From: Aplysia californica
Taxonomy: Eukaryota
Assembly: GCF_000002075.1 (NCBI RefSeq)
Contig: NW_004797359.1
Coordinates: 388,347 to 452,346, forward strand
Length of the DNA: 64,000 nucleotides
Reading direction: 5' to 3'
The notes beneath the pieces were generated by a model. The model did no database searches. It saw nothing but the letters and a program-made list of their open reading frames with translations, and was not told the DNA's origin. The position numbers and the translations under genes were made by a program. Of this stretch, positions 25,101 through 34,434 are shown piece by piece; position 1 is the first letter of the stretch; the number at the start of each line of letters is the position of its first letter.

Positions 25101-26622
25101 TGTTGACAGCTCGACGCTGGAGATCAGAAAGAAAGGGCTCTGGCTCTAGGCTAATTCGCCGGCTGTGTTGTCCCCCACCCCACCACTCCCTGTTGTGCGT
25201 TGCGTCTTCTTGCGCGCGTCACACATTCACTCCATCCATCACAGCACTGTGACCTCTCCGTCCCGCACCGGAGAAGTGAGAGGCACAGTATGCCTAGATA
25301 ATCTAGCAGTATTTTATTTACAAAGATATAGAAGGAAAAAAACGGGGTTTTAGAATAGTGTCTTTATAACAGACTTCTCGTTATTTCTGGACTCGTTATA
25401 AGTGGACTCCACTGTAATAATAATAAGAGTTTGTCCATCATGAACTGATGATTACCTTTAACATCGGAAGAGGAAGAGAAGTTTTAAACAAACTTAAGCA
25501 GCTACTGGAGGTAGCTTATATTTTTATAGAAGCAATCTTCTCAACGTATTTTGTTGAACACCACTTTTGCTTTTGATTTCCCCTCACAAATACTTGATTC
25601 TTTGTGCTTGTTGGAGGTCCATATTTATTTGAAAGCAGCTTACATACACTATACTTTGATCCTTCCATCTGAAAGGGCTGACCCAGAAAATCCACCACTG
25701 TTCCTGAACATGGTTTGATAGTTCTTGTCAAATTTGTGTTGAAAACTACTTTCTCTTTTTTTGTTGACAAACTCACGTGCAAGTTTGCTTTCATTGTTTT
25801 CGTCTGTCTTACCTTTTTCCTGCACTGAGTGACGGTTATTATGTTGATGTGTTTCTCTTTATTCAAGCTCGTGTTTATGTTTTGTCTTGTACTTGCTCTC
25901 AGACTCAGCAGGTCTTACAACTGGCCGGCACTAGCAATCAAGGCACCAGCCTGAGCCCACCAGCCCCTGGTAGCGTGATGGACTTTCACTTTGACAGTCA
26001 GAGCAACTGCCTGGTGGTGTGTGGGGAGCAGCTTCTGCTCAGCTGGACAATGAACGAGGTCTCCTACTGGAGGTGCCGCCGGCCAGACTGCAGGTAGGGC
26101 CCAGTGCAACGTTTGTAAGTGGTTGGTTGGTGGGTGCTCTGGTGTGGTTTGCTCCTTTTCTTTCCTGTCAAACATCCATCGTCCTTGTCTCTCCTTATCT
26201 TTTTGGGTTTGTGACTCTCTTGTAACACCTCTAATTTTTTACACTTAAATTATGACATAATTTGTTGCTAGTGCCGAAATGCTTTTTAAAACAAATATCT
26301 TTACTAAAAATTAAGTGTTTATAAAGAAGTTTAGGGACCCGGACCTCTAGCAAATTGCACAATTTGTTCTCATTTCCGTTGACTGTTACTGGTTACTGTC
26401 ATTGTTTTCTCTGATTTGTTTTCCTACAGATTCAAATGTGTCTATGATGAGGAACAGCAGTGCGTGCACCTGATGAACTGCCATACGCTCCCCTGTCCAG
26501 CCACATCACGCGAGGACGACCGGTGTTCTGCCGCCAAACGCAAGCTCTCGGAGAAGTCCCTGGCCAGGAGGGCAAAGTTCCCACGTCTTGACAGCGCAAA
26601 GTTGGAGGGTCACATGACCTAG
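6876..26622 (+). CDS. Multi-FLYWCH zinc-finger protein (six modules), 5'-incomplete, 14 exons
   Basis: Exons 6876-7108, 9066-9249, 10461-10595, 11615-11780, 12492-12631, 14580-14803, 15918-15939 (or -16074), 16740-16922, 17569-17885, 18585-18795, 19591-21030, 24561-24770, 25903-26093, 26430-26622. All junctions are AG/GT and phase-compatible, giving one open frame of about 1282 aa (1327 with the long exon 7) ending TAG. Motif (Y/G)WxC-x4-C...HxH occurs 5 times plus a degenerate sixth. Start codon not identified. Confidence 0.88.
8873..9033. other. Assembly gap
   Basis: N run; second gap at 61436-61629. Confidence 1.
9066..9249 (+). CDS. FLYWCH gene exon: finger 1 HNH plus helical segment
   Basis: ttcag|G...GAG|gtaaat; [22 protein letters not shown]...[14 protein letters not shown]. 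Confidence 0.88.
10061..10131. repeat. (CA)n microsatellite
   Basis: Direct reading; similar tracts at 18822-18876, 28027-28110, 61630-61745. Confidence 0.95.
10461..10595 (+). CDS. FLYWCH gene exon: end of module 1
   Basis: gcacag|GGT...GAG|gtagaa; [25 protein letters not shown]...IGKGE (not in ORF track). Confidence 0.85.
11004..11142. mobile_element. 139-bp MITE with G-rich TTAGGG-like core
   Basis: About 27-bp imperfect TIRs (GGGAGGAATTCCATAACGAGTGACCAC), 8-bp TSD ATCATGTT/ATCATATT. Confidence 0.65.
11615..11780 (+). CDS. FLYWCH gene exon: linker and start of module 2
   Basis: acacag|GAG...CAAG|gtactg; [12 protein letters not shown]...FYFIPSKQ. Confidence 0.85.
12492..12631 (+). CDS. 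FLYWCH gene exon: finger 2
   Basis: ctctcag|GT...AAG|gtaaga; [47 protein letters not shown]. Confidence 0.88.
12900..13382 (+). mobile_element. tRNA-headed SINE (family B) with central domain resembling molluscan MESC/Meta SINEs
   Basis: A box GCGGCCTAGAGG, degenerate B box, pyrimidine tract, conserved body, same LINE-type tail; second copy at 40419-40940. Confidence 0.8.
13604..14319. mobile_element. TTAA-flanked MITE (piggyBac-like)
   Basis: TIR CACATTACACCCTAA/TTAGGGTGTAATGTG; TTAA both sides. Confidence 0.85.
14580..14803 (+). CDS. FLYWCH gene exon: finger 2 HTH plus helical segment
   Basis: ctctag|GTT...AA|gtgagt; [13 protein letters not shown]...PKRVYDQE...[16 protein letters not shown]. 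Confidence 0.88.
15918..15939 (+). CDS. FLYWCH gene 22-nt micro-exon (alternative in-frame donor at 16074)
   Basis: tcacag|A AAA ACC CAA CCC GAA GAG ACG|gtgagc; needed to convert phase 2 to phase 0 between flanking exons. Confidence 0.7.
16740..16922 (+). CDS. FLYWCH gene exon: acidic/Ser-rich linker
   Basis: ctgcag|CAC...AAG|gtcagt; [19 protein letters not shown]...NATVKVK. Confidence 0.82.
17569..17885 (+). CDS. FLYWCH gene exon: finger 3
   Basis: cctcag|ACG...AG|gtgatt; [15 protein letters not shown]...[13 protein letters not shown]...GEHNHP. Confidence 0.88.
18585..18795 (+). CDS. FLYWCH gene exon: module 3 helical segment
   Basis: gtccag|G...GAG|gtttgt; [16 protein letters not shown]...[15 protein letters not shown]. 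Confidence 0.87.
19591..21030 (+). CDS. FLYWCH gene large exon: module 4, S/Q/T-rich region, finger 5
   Basis: tcgtag|GGT...CAG|gttagc; contains [16 protein letters not shown] and [16 protein letters not shown]; matches the 496-aa ORF. Confidence 0.9.
21235..23148. mobile_element. 1.9-kb non-autonomous TIR element, superfamily unclear
   Basis: 22-bp TIR AGTAAAGGCACTATTTG(C/T)GGCC, both ends flanked by CTAG. Confidence 0.8.
22542..22617 (-). pseudogene. tRNA-like sequence (pseudogene or SINE head) inside the 21235-23148 element
   Basis: A box TGGCGTAGTGG, B box GGTTCGAGTC, CAT at anticodon position, TTTTT downstream; stems pair poorly. Confidence 0.6.
24561..24770 (+). CDS. FLYWCH gene exon: module 5 helical segment
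   Basis: ttccag|GTA...GAG|gtaaaa; [11 protein letters not shown]...[17 protein letters not shown]. Confidence 0.83.
24860..25414. mobile_element. Tc1/mariner-pogo type MITE inserted in (TAA)n
   Basis: TA|CAGTGGAATCC...GGACTCCACTG|TA. Confidence 0.8.
25903..26093 (+). CDS. FLYWCH gene exon: finger 6 first half
   Basis: ctctcag|ACT...AG|gtaggg; [29 protein letters not shown]. Confidence 0.83.
26430..26622 (+). CDS. FLYWCH gene terminal exon with basic NLS-like patch
   Basis: ctacag|A TTC AAA TGT...; [22 protein letters not shown]...[14 protein letters not shown]...MT*. Confidence 0.83.
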
Positions 26623-27547
26623 CTACTTTAGCTGAAAGCTAATTGTCGGCACTTTAAAAACATTTGCTCTTGTTCTGTAACCTACACCATGTACCCATAC
26701 GCACACAGGTATTTTTACCGCTTTTTGGTCTTGTGTCTGTCATACATAATGTGCATTCGTCTTGTTTGGAGATGTGAGGCACATTTCTGATTTTGGTCGT
26801 CTGTCATTTCCAAACAGTACTACAGATGATTCCTAAGTGCAGTCACCATCTGCATTGTGATACTACTGTAAACCTCTTTCTTTCCGGACTTACGAAAGCT
26901 GACTGAAAAGGCTCAACTCACTGACGGCCAGAGGTTGAAATACCAATTTAACCCCAACTGCTGGCATTTTTAGGGTGTTCTAGAACATTCATTGTCGGAT
27001 AACAATTCAAAGTAGACTCTAATATTTTCACTATTTATTATTTCTATGTTTTGTTTTATTGGGGTGAAAACAAATTTTCAGTGGTGTCATACTTTTGTTT
27101 GAATAATTATTTGAACTATGGACAAAAATACACTCTGAATTACTTGATCCACTGGTCAAGGAGGAGCTAGAAGCAACCTCAATGGCAATTGGTCCCCTTT
27201 TTATTCATAGCTGCCACTCAGGAATTTCAAAAAAGGAGGAAATTCACGCGAAGGCGGACGTGCACTCTCCGAAAGAGTGAGATCCAGATCCAATATATTG
27301 GAACATCTATGTTTTTGGAAGGGAAAAGTGTCATATTTGTTAACTATAGGCAACTGAATTAAAATGCATTTTGAAAAAACAAAAAAACCAAAACAAAACA
27401 AAACAATCCAAGACACTAAGTTGACTAACAAGCATTTGACCAAGTTTGCTGACTAAACTAAAAATCCAGTGTTTGCAATCTAGTGTCTCATAAAAAAACT
27501 TCTTTCACTTTAGACTTGAGCAACAATGTTGAGCAGTTTTGGATTAA

Positions 27548-28041
27548 CTCATTAAAGACGCCAGTTTTTCACCGAGAATTTCCCTGGAGACGCATGATTT
27601 TTACCTATTTTCAAAAAATCAGTGGGATAAACCTAAAAACATTACAAGTATAACATTTGACAAAAAGTAAGATCATTATGTATATTTACATAAAATGCAT
27701 TTATTTTCAAAAAATCTTTGAAAAAATTATGTTTTTTGTGAGAAAAAAAAATGTATGTAAAAGTGAAAAAAACCTTTTTAGATGAACTAAGCACATGGTT
27801 GTCAAAATTGATCGTAGTCAAATAGAATGATTTCAAACAAGTAATACAAAGGGTAATCAAAGAATAATGTCAATGTCCAAATATAGGCCTATACAGTTTC
27901 GCTGAATACCGGTACTGAAACTGAAAGAGAAACGTAACGTCACCAACAAAATTCAAGATCAAATAGCAAAGATGAAACACAATGAACAGTTTCCTTCTAA
28001 AATAAGAAGCAGGTACATGGAATGGACACACACACGCACAA

Positions 28042-28073
<32 letters not shown>

Positions 28074-29825
28074 TCACGCACACACACAAACACACACGCA
28101 CGTACACACTCATGCTTACACACTACATGTCAAACTGTACATGTAATACATTATAATATAGTCAAACAAATAAAAAAGATAACTAAGCATAGTTCTCCTT
28201 TGAATGAAATGCCTCAAAGCAAGCCGTGGGACACAGAGGCTTTTGGCACGATTTGCATGTGAAGGATGTGGAGGGTGCCTTGTTTTTTTGGTCTGCTCTG
28301 CTCGCACCAGCTGTTATCATTTTTGCGTAGCACACAACACAGGCAAGGCGCTTCAGTCTCTGGCCCTCAGCGTTGATGTGCTCCAGAAAGTGTCTTCCTG
28401 TGAGCCTGTCTACAGTTGTAGCAGGATCTGGCTGAGGTGTGTCGAGATCTGCTGTCCTCTGGGTGCTGACGATACCCAAACAGACCGAACGGATAAACTG
28501 CTCCTGCTTCCACCTCCGTTTGCCGTGAACCTTTTGGTGCTTGTTGAATAGCACATGGGCTTGGACCATGGCCAACGTGAGCAAGTGTAGAGCCAGTTTC
28601 TTCCACCACTTTACTGTCTTGCGATGCAAGGGCTGGTAGCTCAGAAGCTGGTCGCTTTGATCGACCCCAGACATGTTGGTGGTGTAGTCGATCACAGCGG
28701 TGGGTTTGTTCACCCTCTCACCAGTGCGAGTCAGAACCTCTTGCACTTGTGGTCCATGACGAGTGGTGAGGAGGTGGACTTCTCTCTTGTCTTTCCACAG
28801 GAGAGCGACAGTCTGGTTGTGGCGGCGGTAGTCCACATCTCCCTTATTATTCACCTTTAGGTCTTTCGGCATACCTACTCTGTTGGCCCTCACAGTACCA
28901 ACAACAGATGTGTTGGCAGTGTCCCAGTTTGAAAAAACGGATCTCGGAGACAGCTGAGTGGAACGTCGTCTGACCTGTGCCAACAATTGTCTGAAGTACA
29001 GGTTGGTCTGTGTCTTGATCGTCTTGACCAGAGTGTCAGTAACAAACAGTTTATAAAAATCGAAGGTAGTTGCGTCAGCAGCCATAGTAGTCTTGAAGCC
29101 GCTGTCCCCAGTAAATGGTGGTTCCAAGGGGAAACCGTGACAGTTTTTCACCCAGTCGAACATCCCCTCATCATCTTGCTCCTCCTCCCAACCACCACTG
29201 ACATGTTCTGCACGTGTGTCTTCATCACTGCTGCTAACAGCTGGCTCTAACGTAGGTCGAAAAGGTCTAGATCTAGATCTAGAAGTTGTAGCTCCTGAGC
29301 TAGGCCCAGGTCTTGGGTAAGCTTGGCTTGCAGGATCAGCTGATCCAGAGGCGACGCCCATTTCCTCTTCTTCCTCACTTGTCCCACTATCCCTTCTAAC
29401 TATCAAACCTTCCTCGTCGCTACTGAGGTCTTCAAAAGAAGGATCAGTCATCACCATTCTCTTCAAGTGCTTGGTAAGGAGCATCGTCGTTATCTGATCC
29501 CTCCTGAATCAACATCTCGATCGCTTCGCTGGTAGTGAACAAGGCGCGTCTGGCAGCCATGTTTCTTGTTTACATTAAAAGTAGGTCAGGTCAGCGTGTT
29601 TCACAAGATCGCTTATAACAGACAATTCGGGCGACCAATGGTCAAAAGGACACAACAGCGATAAAGATAAATGGTTTAACTATCACTAGGAGTCATTCCC
29701 CTTGAAATTCTATTAGTTTTTAGACAGGTACCAAAAAAAATGGTACAGTTTGTCGGGTCCCGGGACCCGGCGCGTCTTCAGCGTTTGTTGACCTTGCCGG
29801 GTCCCCCCGGCGCATCGTCAATGAG
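27548..29825 (-). mobile_element. piggyBac DNA transposon, internally deleted
   Basis: TTAA at 27544-47 and 29826-29; imperfect TIRs starting CTCATT; carries the transposase ORF. Confidence 0.8.
28183..29560 (-). pseudogene. piggyBac (PGBD4-like) transposase, defective
   Basis: Motifs FYKLFVTD..TNLY, GTVRANR, LLWKDKREVHLLTT, KPTAVIDY..NMSGVDQSDQ, KWWKKL, C-terminal Cys-rich domain. Probable true ATG at 29560 is out of frame with the 433-aa ORF; central catalytic segment missing near 28920. Confidence 0.88.
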
Positions 29826-30315
29826 TTAAGGAGGCAACACCTTTGCCACGGTACTACAGGGACCTGGCGGGTCGTCAATGAGTTCAGGAGGCAACACCTT
29901 TGCCACGGCACTACAGGGACCTGGCGGGTCGTCAATGAGTTCAGGAGGCAACACCTTTGCCACGGTACTACAGGGACCTGGCGGGTCGTCAATGAGTTAA
30001 GGAGGCAACACCTTTGCCACGGTACTACAGGGACCTGGCGGGTCGTCAATGAGTTCAGGAGGCAACACCTTTGCCACGGTACTACAGGGACCTGGCGGGT
30101 CGTCAATGAGTTAAGGAGGCAACACCTTTGCCACGGTACTACAGGGACCTGGCGGGTCGTCAATGAGTTAAGGAGGCAACACCTTTGCCACGGTACTACA
30201 GGGACCTGGCGGGTCGTCAATGAGTTAAGGAGGCAACACCTTTGCCACGGTACTACAGGGACCTGGCGGGTCGTCAATGAGTTCAGGAGGCAACACCTTT
30301 GCCACCGTACTACAA
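29809..30315. repeat. 57-bp minisatellite, about 9 copies
   Basis: Unit ggaggcaacacctttgccacggtactacagggacctggcgggtcgtcaatgagtt(a/c)a starting at 29830, 29887 ... 30286; no spacers. Confidence 0.97.
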
Positions 30316-30355
30316 GATTGCCTTTCTTGTTAATTGTTTACTTTCTCGCGGTTAA

Positions 30356-31622
30356 GGCCAAGGTCTACAGTGAAAACTAAAAGCTAGACGGGTAACTTCC
30401 CATCTACTTACTTGTGATAACCATACCCCACAGAGATTTTCTTCACTAGTGATACATTTCATTTTTTGAAAAATGCTTTGGTTGCCATGGAAACGGGGGA
30501 AAACAGCCGCCATCTTGGATTTTTTAGTATATATCCATGGAACATTTTTCTTTCGTTATCCGCCCAACAGTCATGAAAGTTGGCACACATACTATCATTA
30601 ACATCATGCACATTTTGTCTGATTTTCAGTTCAATAAATGAATAGCTGTATTTTTTACGATTTTTTAAAACTTGTGTATGTATATTAAGCAATTATAAGC
30701 TCTCCCCTAACTTTAAAAAATCTTGTAAAAAATTGTTTGCGCCATATATACATATGAATGAGACAAAGTTTGTATTTGATGCTAGTAAAGACATGGTGCA
30801 AATTTAAAGCATGTCACACAAACCACATAGGAGATTTGTAACTTCAAATGCAGAAAAATTGGTTTTTGAGAAAATAAGCTTTTATTGCAAAAGTGCACTT
30901 GCCTCCTGTTGTCATGATGTTTCCAACCCGAAAAAAACAATTTAAAATGAGCCAGCAGCATGGCTTGGACCACCCTCAAGTTCTTCCAACTCCCTCTCCC
31001 TTCTAGTTCATGCCCTGTGCCTCAAAGACCTTCTGTTAGACAGTTTCTCCTCCTCATACCTTTGACTTCAAGCAATCCGAATTGCTGCCCGTTATGTCAC
31101 CAAGCTGAATTGGTTCTCTCTCTCTGACCATACAGCTCCATCACAATACTGCTACCTTTTGGGCCATGGTTGAACTCAGCAATGGCCACCAGCATAGAAA
31201 ACTTTACTTTCTTGGAAGAGGTAAACTTAACCTTCGAGCAATGGCTTCATATGACGCTATGAAGACTTTCATTTGCATTTTGAGTGGCATGAATTTTGTG
31301 ATGGAAAATAACAACTCAGAAGGTCAAGGCAGATAGTAGCGTGAAGAGGAGAAGACGACCTTTGTATCTATACCAAATTTTACATCGTAGCGTTTATTTT
31401 TTCCGGCGTAACTAAGGCCTATTGTAGCCGTACTTTTAGCACAAACTGAATTATGTGATTGCCTGCCTGTCTGTAGGTTGCATTTTCATGGACTTATAAG
31501 ACGGTTTTAGACTCTAGAATGTATTTCCCAAGATGAGCATGTGGATATAGAGTAATAATATTACATAAACAGAAAATCATAAAATTGAAGGAAATATTCC
31601 ATTCTCACTGCCGACCTTGGCC
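30356..31622 (-). mobile_element. Kolobok-like DNA transposon remnant
   Basis: TTAA flanks (30352-55, 31623-26); TIR GGCCAAGGTC(TA/GG)CAGTGA; decayed coding fragment ATQNANESLHSVI*SHCSKVKF...AIAEFNHG on - strand near 31160-31290. Confidence 0.75.
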
Positions 31623-31703
31623 TTAATTCCGGGGGAGGACTTTGTAGCGAGCGACCACTCTGAACTGTATGAATGTTATACTCAATGGCCATCAAAATCA
31701 GTA

Positions 31704-32492
31704 CAGTGGGTGCCGCATTCAATGAGGTCACATTCAACGAGAAGGCGGCTCCAACGAGGCTGTCCTTAATCCCGGATTTTCCCTTCTATATCTCTGTAAA
31801 TGTACGTTGGCTCCAACGAGGTTGCAAACAGACCGAAGTCGTTTTCATCGAGGTCGCGATAACCAAATAGGAGCAATATGCGGCCCCAAAAGCAAACAAT
31901 TTGTCTCCATCTCACGCGAAGCACTAGGCCCATCACCAATTCCTAACACATTGTATTGCTAAAACTAGCCTGCCTCCTAATTTAGGCCCCAAAGCCAAGA
32001 GGATGGGCGAGGGTTAGCCTACGGTAGGGATGAGAAGGGGTGGGTATGAACGTGATGCGGGCTGTGTAAAAACTGGATGAACTCTGGATGGGTAGGTCTA
32101 GATTACTCTAGATGGAGACCTTCATTTTTTTCAATTTTCTTTTCTTCCCCTGATCAGAAAATCCAAGCTCTCACCTTTACTTTATGTAGATGTAAGCCTA
32201 GATGTGAGAGGGTATGTTTCCACACGAGAAGTGTTCAGGAAAAAATAATATTTAAAAATGCAGAAATGACGGTCAGAACACAGCTCAAACACGCGCACAC
32301 TGATGCTGTTTGAGTTTGAGATTTTCGTCATCAGGGGGAATAAACTGTTTTAATTACTGGTATTGGAACACCCTATAATATAATAACTTGTCTCCTTTCT
32401 TTACTTTAGCCTTAGTCATGTTCAACGAGAGGTTGGATCCAACGAGGACAACAAGCCGGTCCCGGCAACCTCGTTGAATGCGACACCCACTG
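31704..32492. mobile_element. pogo-type MITE
   Basis: TA|CAGTGGGTGCCGCATTCAATGAGG...CCTCGTTGAATGCGACACCCACTG|TA. Confidence 0.85.
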
Positions 32493-33628
32493 TACGGAAG
32501 GCCTAAAGCCAGTATGGTACTGGATATCTACCTACAAATGATGAAATTGCCATGGTTTACATCCAGCGCAAAGTGTTGAATATCCAGTCGGGGATGCATA
32601 GAGTTGCGTCTAGAGCTAGGCGCGGCCGGAATTAAATGCGAGAAAGTAAACAATTGTCTTCTTACTTTATATCGCATCAAACGCAAAGTGCAGCACTCGG
32701 CTTGATAAATTCTCAAATTAAATTTTGAACGCACATTGTCTGCCTCTTTCTCAATCCAGCTAAATTTATTTTTGCATTCTGCATCAACTTTTAATGATAA
32801 CTTGACGCGCCATCGTCCTGACGCTCGATATAACTTGACGCGCCATCGTCCTGACGCTCGATCAACAGTCCACAAAAATAAATAATGTGAAACTAGGCAC
32901 AGAACGGAAGTAGAAAGCTACGGGTGGACATGCGCAAGCCGCTTTTTCATCTCACTCCCGGTTTGACGATTTCCGCATTTTAGAAATAAGTATCGCGATT
33001 TGCGACCGAGAGCGGTCCAGCGGAGGAAGGAGGAAAAAAGCGAGAAAAGCTAGATGAAGCGAAATTTCCGCTATTTTGCGGAAAAGTGGCAGCTATGTTT
33101 ATTAGAATAATTGGGATCCAAGTATTTCAAGTCACTTTTTTTATCATCTTGTATGCTCTGTTCAATATCAGAACCCATAGAAATGACCCATTTATTAGGT
33201 GGACAATGTGCCAATTCAACCTAAAATTTGGAAACACTACCAGACTTTTAAAATTCCCATTGAAACTCACCCCATGAAAAAGAAACTCACAATAGCTACA
33301 CAAATGGATCAAGTTGGGAAATCGGCTAAATGAAGCTTATTATTCTGAAGAAAATAAAAGATATAATTGCTCTGAAATGTACAAATTCTGAAACCTATTT
33401 CACATACATTGAAATGCTTTAACATAAAATTCCCACAACCTCGAATAGATTTCAAATATTTTTTCTTCTTTTCATTTAAATAATTCTATACATTACAACT
33501 TCCTGTAACATGAAATCTGTGCCAAGACAAAGAAATTCCCTATTCCCATGAAGTTCCTGTGATGAGGGTTTTACTGTAATTTAGATGAACATTCTGAGCT
33601 AGAGCAATGAATATTATGAACCCCGGTA

Positions 33629-34434
33629 CAGTGGAACTCGGATTTAATAAGCTCGGATTCAACGAGATGAGATAGATTCCCCGTTTTTTCTTCTTCTTTA
33701 AAATCAATAAAAATAACCCGGATTCAACGAGGTCGCTTCCAGGGTGAACAGCCCACGCAGACTGGGCTTTGCTCATTTTTCTCCCAGAACGAACTTTATC
33801 TATTCCCGGAAACCATCCATTGCACCTGCATTGAGAACCTTTATTCACTTAGCCGATGGCATGCGACCAATCAGCGGCGTTCTTTCATACCAACACATGC
33901 GTTGTTGGCACACGCACGTGTCTACTCTGGCGTGTGTCGGGGTCGGATGGTCGGCCTGCACACGTGTGACTGTGTGTGTGTGTCGTCGAGGGAGGGCACT
34001 AGCGGCCCGGGCGTTGAACGTCGCCGTCACAGATACAAACGCGTCACAGTCTTTTTTCCCCCTGGGCAACTGATCATTATTAGTATATTACAATGATAAG
34101 CTAGATTTAGTCCTGACGTAGATCTAGGTAATGAATTGTGCGCTGGTCTACGAAATCAAAAGTTGCCGTTATGCTAGGCTCTACACAGCAACACAACTTT
34201 TTGGTAAACAATCGAGACGACAAAGGCGTGTGCATTTGAACGAATCGGGTCTTTTTTTTTACACAACTCATAATATGCAGGCATTTCAGGCACTACTTGT
34301 GACTTCTCTTTATACATTACTTGCTCAGTGCCTGTAATTATCTACACAAAACCTCGTGTTTGCTATAACGAACACTCGGATTCAATGAGATTTTAGGTCA
34401 GGCCCGGCGACGTCGTTGAATCAGAGTTACACTG
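33629..34434. mobile_element. pogo-type MITE
   Basis: TA|CAGTGGAACTCGGATT...AATCAGAGTTACACTG|TA; related right end at 585-608. Confidence 0.8.

Noticed and set aside
6876-26622. Naming the gene FLYWCH1 or mod(mdg4)
   Set aside because: No BTB domain in the window, module architecture differs, and orthology cannot be established without a search.
29720-30277. 185-aa repetitive ORF or CRISPR-like array
   Set aside because: Units are near-identical 57-mers with no unique spacers and no cas genes; the ORF is a by-product of a unit length divisible by 3.
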